Positions 1-9,916 of a stretch of 64,000 nucleotides of DNA are shown here, piece after piece. Made by a program: the position numbers and the translations under genes. Below the pieces are notes generated by a model. That model had not been told where the DNA came from and searched no databases. It saw only the letters and a list, made by a program, of their open reading frames with translations. Every line of letters starts with the position of its first letter. The first letter of the stretch is position 1. The DNA comes from Gammaproteobacteria bacterium (GTDB lineage Bacteria; Pseudomonadota; Gammaproteobacteria; Eutrophobiales; Eutrophobiaceae): positions 72,862 to 136,861 of the forward strand of contig CBDFNQ010000037.1 in assembly GCA_965250225.1 (NCBI GenBank), given 5' to 3'.

Positions 1-543
1 AAAGCAAAACGCGAAACCAATGAATTCGAAGAACGCTTCTGGTCACTTGAAGACTTAACACCCTTATACACCAGAGTCAGTCAAAAGCATTATGATGCCA
101 GCGGCATGGAAAAAATCTTTGAGGCCGGCTTTAAGGAATTCGCGCGATTACGCAAACAAGAAAGCATCGATCCAGAAGCCGTGTTAGAAGGTGCGCAACG
201 TGCCATGCGTATAGCCTTAAGCAAAGAGATTGAAATGCTCGAAATGAATCTATCCTTTCTGGCAACAGTCGGTTCTACCTCACCTTATGTCGGCTTGTTC
301 GGAACCGTGTGGGGCATTATGAACAGCTTCCGCGCCCTGGGTAATGCGCAACAAGCAACTATCTCAATGGTTGCACCCGGTATTGCCGAAGCATTGATCG
401 CCACTGCAATGGGGTTATTTGCCGCAATTCCTGCAGTGATTGCCTATAACCGTTTTTCCAACGATGTTGAACGTTTGATCAATCGTTATGATACTTTTAC
501 TGATGAATTTGCGTCGATCCTCCATCGTTATGCTCATTCATAA
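1..543 (+). CDS. tolQ: Tol-Pal system protein TolQ (5' end truncated by window edge)
   Basis: The frame is open from nt 1 (KAKRETNEFEERFW...). The C-terminal MotA/TolQ/ExbB channel motif GSTSPYVGLFGTVWGIMNSF is present. tolR-tolA-tolB-pal follow directly. Confidence 0.85.
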   Translation, partial: KAKRETNEFEERFWSLEDLTPLYTRVSQKHYDASGMEKIFEAGFKEFARLRKQESIDPEAVLEGAQRAMRIALSKEIEMLEMNLSFLATVGSTSPYVGLFGTVWGIMNSFRALGNAQQATISMVAPGIAEALIATAMGLFAAIPAVIAYNRFSNDVERLINRYDTFTDEFASILHRYAHS

Positions 544-567
544 AACAAAACGTTTAACGTATAAAAA

Positions 568-1005
568 ATGAGACAACGCATTCGTAAGCGTCCCATGGCT
601 GACATCAATGTAGTGCCTTACATTGATGTTATGTTGGTGTTACTGATCATTTTTATGATCACGGCACCGCTGTTAACCCAGGGGGTTAAAGTCGATCTAC
701 CAAAGACTAGTTCAACACCTATAGACTCATCAGACAATGAACCGGTTATTATTAATGTCAATGCGAAAGGCGAATATTTCATCAACAATAACGATGAAAA
801 TGATACGCCTGTTGATTTATTAACATTGATTGAAGATGTCATTGTCATACTGAAATACCGAACAGAAAAAGACGGCGTTCCTCCTCCTTTTTTAGTCGGC
901 GGTGATCGCGATGTCCCTTATGGACGTATTGTAGAACTCATGGCCTCTTTACAAAATGCTGGTGTCGAAGGCGTAGGCCTGCTCACTGAACCACTGGAGC
1001 AATGA
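568..1005 (+). CDS. tolR: Tol-Pal system protein TolR (ExbD/TolR family)
   Basis: The N-terminus ADINVVPYIDVMLVLLIIFMITAP is typical of ExbD/TolR. The gene sits between tolQ and tolA. The start may instead be the internal Met at codon 10. Confidence 0.85.
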   Translation: MRQRIRKRPMADINVVPYIDVMLVLLIIFMITAPLLTQGVKVDLPKTSSTPIDSSDNEPVIINVNAKGEYFINNNDENDTPVDLLTLIEDVIVILKYRTEKDGVPPPFLVGGDRDVPYGRIVELMASLQNAGVEGVGLLTEPLEQ

Positions 1006-1011
1006 TCAAAC

Positions 1012-1941
1012 ATGCGCCTGTCCTGGTTTACCACTGTAAAATCGTTTTTTACTTCGATCCTTCTACATCTCGTTTTATTAGGCCTGCTAATGTTCAGTAT
1101 TGAATTTGCTCCAGAGCCGCATAGGCCTGTTCAAAAAAAAATAAATATAGTGCAAGCAACTGCTGTTGATAAAACACGGGTTGAGAAGGAACTAAAAAAA
1201 TTACAACAGGCCGAAGACAATAAAAAGCAGGCTGAAACCAAGCGCCAACAGGAACTCGATAAAAAAGCCAAGCAAGCAGAAACAAAACGCAGACAGGAAG
1301 AAAAAAAACTCAAAGAAATTGAAATCAAAAAAACGGAAGAAAAGAAAAAACGTATTGAAGAAGAAAAACACCTGAAAGAAGCACAGCAAAAAAAGAAAGA
1401 GGCCGAAGAAAAGAGGAAAGAAGAAGAAAAAAAGAAGCAGCAGGCAGAAACTGAACGTAAAAAGATAGAAGAAGAGAAACGTAAAGCCGAAGAAGAAAAA
1501 AAACGCATTGAGGAAGAGAAAAAGAAAAAGCAAGAAGAACTAAAGCGTCTAAAAGAAGAAAAGAAGAAACATGAGGCCGAAGAAGCGTTGAACAGACAAA
1601 TGGAAGCCGAGGCCGAACATGAGCGACTACGCGAACAGGCAGCGCATGATGCAGAAAAGGGAAGCCAGATTGCAAATGAAATTATTAATAAGGTATCGAG
1701 AAATTTTAATCGCACTGGTCTGGAAAAAGGCTTGAAGTGTAAATTACGCATACAACTGGTGCCCGGTGGCGAAGTCGTTGGTGTCAGTATTTTAAAATCA
1801 AGCGGCAATGATATCTTCGATACGCGCGCGATCAGTGCAGTTAAACGAGCGGCGCCATTTACTGTCGTACCTTCCGATATTGAACAGTTTGAGCGACTAA
1901 ACTTACGTGACAATACTTTTACATTTGAACCCAGAGATTAG
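1012..1941 (+). CDS. tolA: Tol-Pal system protein TolA
   Basis: It has an N-terminal TM helix, a long K/E/A-rich helical domain II and a C-terminal TolA/TonB-like domain (LVPGGEVVGVSILKSSGNDIFD). Its position in the tol operon agrees. Confidence 0.8.
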   Translation: MRLSWFTTVKSFFTSILLHLVLLGLLMFSIEFAPEPHRPVQKKINIVQATAVDKTRVEKELKKLQQAEDNKKQAETKRQQELDKKAKQAETKRRQEEKKLKEIEIKKTEEKKKRIEEEKHLKEAQQKKKEAEEKRKEEEKKKQQAETERKKIEEEKRKAEEEKKRIEEEKKKKQEELKRLKEEKKKHEAEEALNRQMEAEAEHERLREQAAHDAEKGSQIANEIINKVSRNFNRTGLEKGLKCKLRIQLVPGGEVVGVSILKSSGNDIFDTRAISAVKRAAPFTVVPSDIEQFERLNLRDNTFTFEPRD

Positions 1942-1945
1942 CACT

Positions 1946-3250
1946 GTGAACAAAAATTTAATCTTTCCAAAACTGATGATGCTGTTTTTATTATTCATTT
2001 CATCATTTGCCCAAGCAATTGAAATAGTGATTGATCGTGGCGTTGAAAACCCAATCCCGGTTGCGGTTGTGCCCTTTGGCTGGTCAGAGGCCGCTAACGT
2101 TGCACCCTCTGATATTGCTGGAGTCATTCGCTCAAACCTCGTTCGCAGTGGTCGTTTCAATAGCATGGATGAAGGCGACATGCGTCAAAAACCAACTGAG
2201 GCCGCACGCATTAATTTTAAACATTGGCGTTCGCTTGGCATGGATAACCTGGTCATTGGCAACATGGAGGTGACTGAAACCGGCGACTACCTTATAGAAT
2301 TTCAACTGTTTAATGTACACAATCAGCAAGCCCTGGCAAAAGGACGAATAAAATCTCAAAAGGAGAACCTGCGCCGCACCACGCATCAAATCAGCGATAT
2401 CATTTATGAAAAACTGCTCGGCGTGAAAGGTGCGTTTTCAACACGCATTGCCTATATTACGGTAAAAAAATCACCTGACGGCAAAAAAACACACAGCCTG
2501 AAGATTGCCGATGCGGATGGTCTGAACATACAAACCTTGTTGAATTCATCCGAACCCTTGATGTCGCCTAACTGGTCACCCGATGGTAGACAATTGGCTT
2601 ATGTTTCTTTCCAGGATAAAAACTCGGCAATCTATGTGCAAAATGTATTCACCGGTACACGTGAAGTGATCCAGTCCGGTCCTGGCATCAACAGCGCGCC
2701 TGCCTGGTCACCCGATGGCAAACGATTGGCGATGACCTTATCCAAAGATGGAAATCCGGAGATATACATCAAACATGTTGCATCGGGTCTGTTACAACGC
2801 GTGACAAACAATCCGGGCATTGATACGGAACCCACATGGTCACCTGATGGACAGACCCTGGCATTCACATCAAATCGCAGTGGCAGACCACAAATCTATC
2901 AAATCCATGTGGAAGGCAAAAAAGCAAAACGCCTGACCTTCGAAGGCAAATATAATACCCGGCCAATTTTTTCACCGGACGGTAAATCCATCGCTATGGT
3001 CAATGGAAATAATGGGGTTTTTCGTATCGCTGTTCTGGACCTGGCATCTGGTTCAATCGAATTACTGACCGATACAAAGCTAGATGAATCTCCCAGTTTT
3101 GCGCCCAATGGCCATATGATCATGTATGCCACTCTAGGATTTCAAAATACCAAGCTCGCTGCCGTTTCATCTGACGGGCGTATACAGCAAAGTTTAGCGT
3201 TACAGGAAGGTGAGGTACGGGAACCTGCCTGGGGCCCATTCCTCAAATAA
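1946..3250 (+). CDS. tolB: Tol-Pal system beta-propeller protein TolB
   Basis: Repeated WSPDG propeller motifs are present (NWSPDGRQLAY, AWSPDGKRLAM, TWSPDGQTLAF, FSPDGKSIAM). The signal peptide is ...LFLLFISSFAQA. The start is uncertain: I chose GTG 1946 (just after the tolA stop), but ATG 1907 or 1976 are possible. Confidence 0.9.
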   Translation: MNKNLIFPKLMMLFLLFISSFAQAIEIVIDRGVENPIPVAVVPFGWSEAANVAPSDIAGVIRSNLVRSGRFNSMDEGDMRQKPTEAARINFKHWRSLGMDNLVIGNMEVTETGDYLIEFQLFNVHNQQALAKGRIKSQKENLRRTTHQISDIIYEKLLGVKGAFSTRIAYITVKKSPDGKKTHSLKIADADGLNIQTLLNSSEPLMSPNWSPDGRQLAYVSFQDKNSAIYVQNVFTGTREVIQSGPGINSAPAWSPDGKRLAMTLSKDGNPEIYIKHVASGLLQRVTNNPGIDTEPTWSPDGQTLAFTSNRSGRPQIYQIHVEGKKAKRLTFEGKYNTRPIFSPDGKSIAMVNGNNGVFRIAVLDLASGSIELLTDTKLDESPSFAPNGHMIMYATLGFQNTKLAAVSSDGRIQQSLALQEGEVREPAWGPFLK

Positions 3251-3341
3251 TCATTTGTACAATGAACAATCATCATCCATTAATATACAACAATGTTATT
3301 CTAACACTCGCTCAGACCGGTTCGGCCGGAAGGAGAAAACT

Positions 3342-3881
3342 ATGAAACTTAAATTAATTACCCCTTACATTTTATTATTTTTACTGGTTGGTTGTGGCTC
3401 TTCAGAAACCAAACCAGATGTCGAGGTAGAAGAACGCGGCATTCCATCTGACACAGACAGCACAGGTGCAAATGAGAATGCCGACACAGATACATACGGC
3501 GCAGATGATTATTCATTGTCCGAAGTTGATGAACTTAACGATCCATCGAGTCATTTATCGGTCAGGATCATTTACTTCGCCTATGACAGCAGTGAGATCC
3601 GCCCTGAATTTCGTCCGGCGATTGAAGCTCACGCAAACTATCTTGCATCACACCCGGACACGATCGTAACACTTGAAGGACATACCGATGAACGTGGCTC
3701 ACGTGAATACAATCTGGCGCTTGGTGAAGGCCGCGCTAATTCCGTGAAACGCCAGCTGACTTTACTCGGCGCATCCGCTGGACAGATTCGCGCTGTAAGC
3801 TATGGGGAAGAGCGCCCGGAAGTCGACGGTCACGATGAATCTGCCTGGAGTCAAAATCGTCGCGTGTTGATTCTCTACTAA
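3342..3881 (+). CDS. pal: Peptidoglycan-associated lipoprotein Pal (OmpA-like C-terminal domain)
   Basis: The lipoprotein signal MKLKLITPYILLFLLVGC carries a lipobox. The OmpA-family motif TLEGHTDERGSREYNLALGEGRANSV is present. The longer ORF beginning at 3210 overlaps tolB and is unlikely. Confidence 0.9.
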   Translation: MKLKLITPYILLFLLVGCGSSETKPDVEVEERGIPSDTDSTGANENADTDTYGADDYSLSEVDELNDPSSHLSVRIIYFAYDSSEIRPEFRPAIEAHANYLASHPDTIVTLEGHTDERGSREYNLALGEGRANSVKRQLTLLGASAGQIRAVSYGEERPEVDGHDESAWSQNRRVLILY

Positions 3882-3890
3882 GCGATTCGT

Positions 3891-4766
3891 ATGTCTTTTA
3901 AATTCTTACTCAGGGCTGCCCTGTGTTTTATTGTTATTCCGCAGGCTCTGGCAGAAAGTGCAACGGCTGCAGATCAGGAAAATTCTGCGGCCGTTGAACT
4001 GCGCATTCAGAAGCTTGAAAATATCCTCGGCAATCAAGGCTTGCTGGATCTGTTACAACAGGTCGAAACTCTGCAACAAAAGGTAAACCAATTACAGGGA
4101 GAGATTGAAGTTCAAACTCACCTTCTCGAAAAACTAAAAAAGCGAAATGCTAATCTACACAGTGATATTGACAGCCGGGTAAAACAACTGGAATTAAATG
4201 TTATTGCCTCAGATACTCAAGCAGAGGACACTGAAGTTGCTGATGAGGATGTAAGGACTCAAGATTCCGACTCTGCAGTACAAAAAGCTGAATCAACACC
4301 TTTAGAAAACACAAGTGCGGAAACTGAGACAGAACCAGACAAACCTGTTGTAGTAGATCAAGGCCAGGCCAAGGCCGCGTATCAATCGGCATTCTTGTTA
4401 TTGAAAGAATCCCGCTATGATGATGCAGTCACCGCCTTTGAACAATACCTGAATGACTACCCTAGAAGTCTCTACGCTGATAATGCCCAATACTGGTTGG
4501 CTGAAAGTTTTTATATACAACAAAAATATGAAGAGGCCGTGATTACCTATCAAACCCTATTAGAAAATTATCCTGAAAGCCGTAAGCTTGCCCATGGCAC
4601 ATTGAAACTTGGATACAGTTATCAGGAACTTGAACAAATGACTGAAGCGAAGAGCGTACTGGAAGAAGTCATTAATCGTTTCCCGGGAACAAACGCAGCC
4701 CGTGAAGCAACAAATAGATTGCGAACTTTCCCAGCCGAGGAAACTGCGGCAGAATCTGAAAATTAA
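3891..4766 (+). CDS. cpoB: Tol-Pal system protein YbgF/CpoB (coiled coil plus TPR)
   Basis: It has a signal peptide, an N-terminal coiled coil and a C-terminal TPR region (YPRSLYADNAQYWLAESFY, YPESRKLAHGTLKLGYSY). It lies directly after pal. Confidence 0.8.
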   Translation: MSFKFLLRAALCFIVIPQALAESATAADQENSAAVELRIQKLENILGNQGLLDLLQQVETLQQKVNQLQGEIEVQTHLLEKLKKRNANLHSDIDSRVKQLELNVIASDTQAEDTEVADEDVRTQDSDSAVQKAESTPLENTSAETETEPDKPVVVDQGQAKAAYQSAFLLLKESRYDDAVTAFEQYLNDYPRSLYADNAQYWLAESFYIQQKYEEAVITYQTLLENYPESRKLAHGTLKLGYSYQELEQMTEAKSVLEEVINRFPGTNAAREATNRLRTFPAEETAAESEN

Positions 4767-4768
4767 TT

Positions 4769-5452
4769 ATGGCCACTGAACAAAAGGCCGACCAATTAAA
4801 CGACTCAAATCTGGCTGTTCTTACCATTAATGAAATATTTTTTTCCATTCAAGGGGAAACAACTTACGTCGGTTTGCCTACCATCTTCATACGCTTAACT
4901 GCCTGTCCTTTACGTTGCCAATATTGTGATACTGAATATGCTTTTTATGAAGGCAAAAAAATGCCCGTAGATGAGATACTGCAATCGATATCAAATTATA
5001 AAACACTTTATGTCACAGTCACTGGAGGAGAACCACTCGCACAAAAGACATGTCATAACTTGTTAACGGCATTATGCGACAAAGATTACAAAGTGACACT
5101 GGAAACCAGTGGTGCAATGGATATATCCGACGTTGATGATCGGGTCATAAGAATTGTGGATATAAAAACACCTGGCTCAAATGAAGTAGCAAAAAATCGT
5201 TTTGAAAACATCCAGCACATCAGACCAAAAGACGAAATAAAATTTGTTATCTGTGATCATAATGATTATGTCTGGTCAAAAAATATTCTTGATAAATATA
5301 AACTAACGCAACGTTGCGAGGTTCTTTTTTCCAATAGTCATACACAGCTTGACCCGACCGATCTTGCTGACTGGATCCTGGAAGATCATTTGCCTGTTAG
5401 GATACAATTACAAATGCACAAATTTTTGTGGGGCGATAGTCCGGGTAAATAA
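4769..5452 (+). CDS. queE: 7-carboxy-7-deazaguanine synthase QueE (radical SAM)
   Basis: The radical-SAM cluster motif [16 protein letters not shown] is present. The protein is short (about 225 aa) and is adjacent to queC. Confidence 0.85.
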   Translation: MATEQKADQLNDSNLAVLTINEIFFSIQGETTYVGLPTIFIRLTACPLRCQYCDTEYAFYEGKKMPVDEILQSISNYKTLYVTVTGGEPLAQKTCHNLLTALCDKDYKVTLETSGAMDISDVDDRVIRIVDIKTPGSNEVAKNRFENIQHIRPKDEIKFVICDHNDYVWSKNILDKYKLTQRCEVLFSNSHTQLDPTDLADWILEDHLPVRIQLQMHKFLWGDSPGK

Positions 5453-5454
5453 CT

Positions 5455-6120
5455 ATGAAAGCTGTCGTCTTGACCTCTGGCGGACTGGATTCTACAACCA
5501 CCCTGGCCATAGCCATCAACGAAGGTTATGACTGTTATGCCCTGAGCTTTGATTACGGCCAACGACACAAAGCTGAGTTAATCGCCGCTAAACATGCAGT
5601 GAATTTTTTCAAGCTCAAACAACATAAAACTCTCAAACTCGATCTAACCCAGATTGGTGGTTCGGCATTAACCGATAACAACATCGCTGTACCTGATCAG
5701 GCATCAGAAGGCATCCCTGTCACCTACGTGCCTGCACGCAATACGATTTTTCTTTCCTATGCACTAGCCTACGCAGAAGTAATTAATGCAGAACACATTT
5801 TTCTTGGCATTAATGCTGTTGACTACTCCGGCTATCCAGACTGTCGTCCGGAATACATCAATGCCTATGAACAAATGGCTGGGCTTGCTACTAAAGCAGG
5901 GGTTGAAGGTAAGCCAGTTAAAATCCACGCACCCTTAATACAACTATCAAAATCTGAAATTATTAAACTAGGTTGTGAGCTAGATGTTGATTATTCAATC
6001 ACTGTTTCCTGTTACCAGCCTGATTCAAAAGGCCGGGCCTGCGGACATTGTGATTCCTGTCGCTTTCGTATGGAAGGTTTTGACGATGCAGGAATTAGTG
6101 ATCCAACTCAGTATCAATAG
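5455..6120 (+). CDS. queC: 7-cyano-7-deazaguanine synthase QueC
   Basis: The PP-loop [10 protein letters not shown] and the C-terminal zinc-binding cysteines ([20 protein letters not shown]) are present. Confidence 0.9.
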   Translation: MKAVVLTSGGLDSTTTLAIAINEGYDCYALSFDYGQRHKAELIAAKHAVNFFKLKQHKTLKLDLTQIGGSALTDNNIAVPDQASEGIPVTYVPARNTIFLSYALAYAEVINAEHIFLGINAVDYSGYPDCRPEYINAYEQMAGLATKAGVEGKPVKIHAPLIQLSKSEIIKLGCELDVDYSITVSCYQPDSKGRACGHCDSCRFRMEGFDDAGISDPTQYQ

Positions 6121-6313
6121 ACATTTTTTTCGGAAGCATTAATACCCGAAGTTTTAACATTGATTATCTTTAACTCATCAAGTTTATAATTATTTTATCT
6201 ATATCAAACAAATTTTTAACAAAATGATCAAAACTCTCATTTTCATGAAAATTTGCTTGTCATTATAACCTGACTCTGTTGTAATTGATGCACCGCAATA
6301 AATTAATCTATCG

Positions 6314-7348
6314 ATGTCTCATAAAACTCCTTCTATCAGTATTGCCCTTCAGGGTGGCGGCTCCCATGGTGCGTTCACCGCTGGAGTCCTAAAACGACTT
6401 TTCGAAGCGCAAAACTTTCGTGTTGAAGGCATTAGTGGCACTAGTTCAGGTGCCGTTAATGCATGTTTAATGGCCTATGGCGATTTAATCCAGCACAAAA
6501 CAGGAAAATCTACTGCCTCTCTTGAGAATTTTTGGGATGATCTGGGTAAAGAATTTGCAAAATTATTCTCACCCTCAGATGCAATTTTTGGTACACAAAT
6601 ATTTGGTCAACAAACTAATAATCTCGCGTTACAATTTTTTACTGCAATAACACAAAATTTTGCACCCTATCAATTCAACCCTGAACGATTGAATCCTTTA
6701 CGTGATTTACTTAATCAGCATATAGACTTTGAAATGTTAAGAGATTATTCAGCAATTAAGTTATTTATTGCTGCAACGAATACTCAAACCAGTAAACTTC
6801 AAATTTTTAAACACGATGAATTAACAGTAAGGCATATACTTGCATCTGCCTGTCTCCCGTCCTTACACCATTCTGTCCAGATAGGCGAGCAAGCTTATTG
6901 GGATGGCGGTTTCTCAGGCAATCCTGTGATCTTCCCTCTGATCTTTAATTGTAAATCTCAGGACATTATTATTGTCCTGGTTCAGCCTATGGAACATAAA
7001 GGCAAGCCAGATACGGCGGACAAAATTCGTGAACGTATTTCAGAAATTGCTTTTACTTCCAATTTCAAACGTGAGATGAGGGCAATTACGTTTTCTAAAC
7101 GATTCGTTAAAGACAACTGGCTTTCGCTTGGCAAACTTGATCGAAAAATGAACAATGTTCGAATTCATATTATTCAAGCTAATGACTACATAGAAGAGCT
7201 TGATCCAAGCTCTCGATACAATGCCTCACCAGATTTCCTATCAAACCTGCAACAAGCTGGCTATGCCTGCGCAAATGATTGGCTAGATAAACATCAAGAT
7301 GACATCGGGAAGCAAAGTAGTGTTAACCTTGAAGAGTTATTTGAATAA
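6314..7348 (+). CDS. Patatin-like phospholipase family protein
   Basis: The oxyanion motif GGGSHGAF, the nucleophile elbow GTSSGA (GxSxG) and the catalytic Asp motif WDGGF are all present. Confidence 0.8.
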   Translation: MSHKTPSISIALQGGGSHGAFTAGVLKRLFEAQNFRVEGISGTSSGAVNACLMAYGDLIQHKTGKSTASLENFWDDLGKEFAKLFSPSDAIFGTQIFGQQTNNLALQFFTAITQNFAPYQFNPERLNPLRDLLNQHIDFEMLRDYSAIKLFIAATNTQTSKLQIFKHDELTVRHILASACLPSLHHSVQIGEQAYWDGGFSGNPVIFPLIFNCKSQDIIIVLVQPMEHKGKPDTADKIRERISEIAFTSNFKREMRAITFSKRFVKDNWLSLGKLDRKMNNVRIHIIQANDYIEELDPSSRYNASPDFLSNLQQAGYACANDWLDKHQDDIGKQSSVNLEELFE

Positions 7349-7443
7349 ACATCTGTCGACATTTGAAAACACTGGATATCGGCCGCAACCTGCCCTGGAA
7401 ATGTTTTATCCATGGCCTGCATGACGGAAACAATTTGAAAAAC

Positions 7444-9627
7444 TTATAACGAGCTGCTGGCGATTACAATATTTGGCTGGCTTATTGGGCGACGATGTGC
7501 AGCTACATCCGTTGCATCAGTTAAACCAACATAATTTTTGTAACGTGTTCTTATGTCTCTTACATAGACAACTGTTTGACCACAACGACAGATCCTGGTG
7601 TTATCTTTTACTGATTTCTTTTTAGCCATTTCTTTCATGGCAATCTCCACATTCCCAAACCATTTATTGCTATCAAGGCCTAATTGCTCTGCCTGTTTCC
7701 TGGCATCACTAACCCGGCGATATCCCGCATTATAAGCAGCCAGAGCAAACCATGTTCGATCCATCAATAAAAGGTCATCATCAAATTGAGCCTTTAAATA
7801 ACTCAGATAACGAATACCCGCTTCAATATTGTCAACAGGATTTTCTGATTCTTCCAGACCAAGTTCGTTAGCTGTGCGCGGCATGATTTGCATCAAGCCT
7901 TCCGCACCAACATCTGAGGTGGCGACCGGATCAAATTGACTTTCCTGATACATTTGAGCCGCAATTAATCGCCAATCAAATCCATATTGATCAGCATATT
8001 TTCGAATCGTTTCGTCATATGGTGTTAATTTATATACTCTGGTTAATAGTCTGCTATCGCCATTAAATATTTTTGGCTCTGTAATATACTGCTGCTTTAA
8101 CGAGTTAAATTCTAACTGTCGATAATTTGATGTGATATAAACATCTAGAGATTCTCTTAGAACTGAATTTTCCTCTCGAGTAATCCAGACGGTTTTGTCT
8201 GGCTCTGATAGATATAATGATGCTTGCAAGTTTACTTGTCGAGAAAGCTCTACCTTAACATTATGACTCGGAATAATCGTTAAATCATGGATATCCAATG
8301 ACACTAAAAATAACAATGTTTCAGTATTAATCGTTGACTCTACTTCCTTGATCGTTAAATCCAGATCATATTTTTTACGTAACTCTTTTATTTCCTCAAG
8401 ATATGGGCTTTCAGCAGGAACAGAAACACTTCTACCATTTAAATCGAAAATGTCGATTGGATTTACACTATTTTTTCTTCCAATTAATACGGGCGCACTA
8501 TAGGAATATGCTACGCTTTCAGAAACTGTCTCAGGACGTTTGTTACTCGTCGGGATGGACGCTGTGATAACATCACCCTTGCCATCCATTAAAAGTTGAT
8601 ACATTTCTTCTTGAGAGTTTGCAAACACAATATTCAATTGTAATTTGTGTTCATCTGCAAACCTTTTTATTAGTTCGTATTCAAACCCTTTCAATTCACC
8701 ATCTTTATAGAAAACATTGGTTGGGCTTTGATAAGTAATTGCACGAAGAGACCCTTTTTCCAACAAACCGGGCAAATCGCCAAAATGCGTTTCTTCCTCG
8801 TACAAGGTTAATAATTCTTTATTCAAAAACTCATTCAAATTTTGTCTGAGTTTATTATTGCTCTTACTAACCGCCCATGCATTGTGTTTAGCATCGGTTA
8901 AATCCAGTGCGGTCTTTAAAGACGGAAACCGAGATAGATTATGTTTTAGATAATCACTATCCATTACAGCGGCATCATATTGTCCGCTCTCAAGCCTCTT
9001 CAGGATCGACTCTTCACTTACAGTACTATCCAGTTCAAGCAGATCCATTGAAGGGTTGTTCTCAGCAAGGTTTTTTAACTGATAGTAAATTGTTGAAGAT
9101 GATTTTATCGCTACCTGTCTTACCTTTAAATGATCCAGAGACTTTATTAGCTTGTGATTATTACGAGTAACAATTTGTTGCTTACTTTTTGCCCAGGGAT
9201 CAGTAAAAGAAATGACACCTTCCAGTCCGCCAGCCAAATCGTATCCCTGTGAAACGATAATGTCTCCCTTTCCTTGATACATTGCTGGCAATAATTGCCA
9301 ACGCTCATCCACCTCAATCCAGACTGGATTCAAACTGTTCTCTTTGGCAAAGTCTTCGACGAGACTTCTTTCAATCTCATCAATGCCAAAACCATCCTGA
9401 AACTTACGATGAAAAAGTATGCGTAAATTCTGTTCATTCGAGGCTAAAATCTCTGTCTCGTCTCCATTCAAAAATGACGCCTTATTGGTATCGATCACCT
9501 CTAGTCTGGTGATGGGAGCTGGCGCGTCTGGCATCGTAACAATGAAACCATACAATAAAAGGCCGCACAGCAACCCTATGCACCCTTTGTTGATCCTATA
9601 TTTCGTTATGTTACTTTTCTGTTTCAT
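7444..9627 (-). CDS. Membrane-bound lytic murein transglycosylase F-like protein with two tandem periplasmic substrate-binding (SBP_bac_3-like) modules and a C-terminal SLT domain
   Basis: The C-terminal SLT catalytic region is AAQMYQESQFDPVATSDVGAEGLMQIMP...AAYNAGYRRV. Upstream are two paralogous modules, each carrying a GKGD(I/V)I motif. The N-terminus has a TM anchor. At 727 aa it is longer than canonical MltF (about 500 aa). Confidence 0.7.
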   Translation of the reverse strand: MKQKSNITKYRINKGCIGLLCGLLLYGFIVTMPDAPAPITRLEVIDTNKASFLNGDETEILASNEQNLRILFHRKFQDGFGIDEIERSLVEDFAKENSLNPVWIEVDERWQLLPAMYQGKGDIIVSQGYDLAGGLEGVISFTDPWAKSKQQIVTRNNHKLIKSLDHLKVRQVAIKSSSTIYYQLKNLAENNPSMDLLELDSTVSEESILKRLESGQYDAAVMDSDYLKHNLSRFPSLKTALDLTDAKHNAWAVSKSNNKLRQNLNEFLNKELLTLYEEETHFGDLPGLLEKGSLRAITYQSPTNVFYKDGELKGFEYELIKRFADEHKLQLNIVFANSQEEMYQLLMDGKGDVITASIPTSNKRPETVSESVAYSYSAPVLIGRKNSVNPIDIFDLNGRSVSVPAESPYLEEIKELRKKYDLDLTIKEVESTINTETLLFLVSLDIHDLTIIPSHNVKVELSRQVNLQASLYLSEPDKTVWITREENSVLRESLDVYITSNYRQLEFNSLKQQYITEPKIFNGDSRLLTRVYKLTPYDETIRKYADQYGFDWRLIAAQMYQESQFDPVATSDVGAEGLMQIMPRTANELGLEESENPVDNIEAGIRYLSYLKAQFDDDLLLMDRTWFALAAYNAGYRRVSDARKQAEQLGLDSNKWFGNVEIAMKEMAKKKSVKDNTRICRCGQTVVYVRDIRTRYKNYVGLTDATDVAAHRRPISQPNIVIASSSL

Positions 9628-9916
9628 TCTTTACTTTATCGTTAATATTTTAAGTAGCTTTACTGTTCTCTGTTATACGTATAGCTCCCTCTACATACAG
9701 AATATAGTATGTATACAAATCCCTGCCACAATATGTCGTGGTAGCCATAAAATTGACGAGGAAAATAGCATGAACTGCTAAGAGTAACAACAAATATTAT
9801 TGCATTGCAACACGGCTGCTGTCAAAGATCTTTTGAATGTAACGCTAAAACATCCTCTGTTAGCTTCCTGTTCCAATAATGATGCCAACCTTTATAACGG
9901 CATGGCTTATTCCCTA

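Noticed and set aside
1140-1620. Highly repetitive aaa/gaa/aag-rich DNA that could look like a tandem repeat or CRISPR-like array.
   Set aside because: There is no fixed repeat unit or spacer periodicity. It encodes the lysine/glutamate-rich domain II that is normal for TolA.
1131-1913. Long antisense ORFs (260, 116, 110 and 63 aa) opposite tolA.
   Set aside because: They are products of the AAG/GAA-rich low-complexity region of tolA read on the other strand (poly-F/S/C peptides). The sense frame gives a coherent TolA with a TM helix, a K/E-rich helix and a C-terminal domain.
6121-6165. Weak hairpin TTCGG-N12-CCGAA after queC as an intrinsic terminator.
   Set aside because: The stem is only 5 bp with a 12-nt loop. 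That is too weak to call.
6314-7348. Patatin-like phospholipase as a possible effector of a CBASS-type or other anti-phage system.
   Set aside because: No cyclase, nucleotidyltransferase, sensor, E1/E2/JAB or other defence-associated partner is adjacent. The neighbours are queC and a murein transglycosylase. It is a stand-alone patatin enzyme.
9800-9810. Palindromic TTGCATTGCAA upstream of the MltF-like gene as a possible sigma-54 (-12 TTGCA) promoter.
   Set aside because: On the relevant (minus) strand there is no GG at the required -24 spacing. The candidate reads tGACAgcagccgtgTTGCA, which does not fit TGGCAC-N5-TTGCW.
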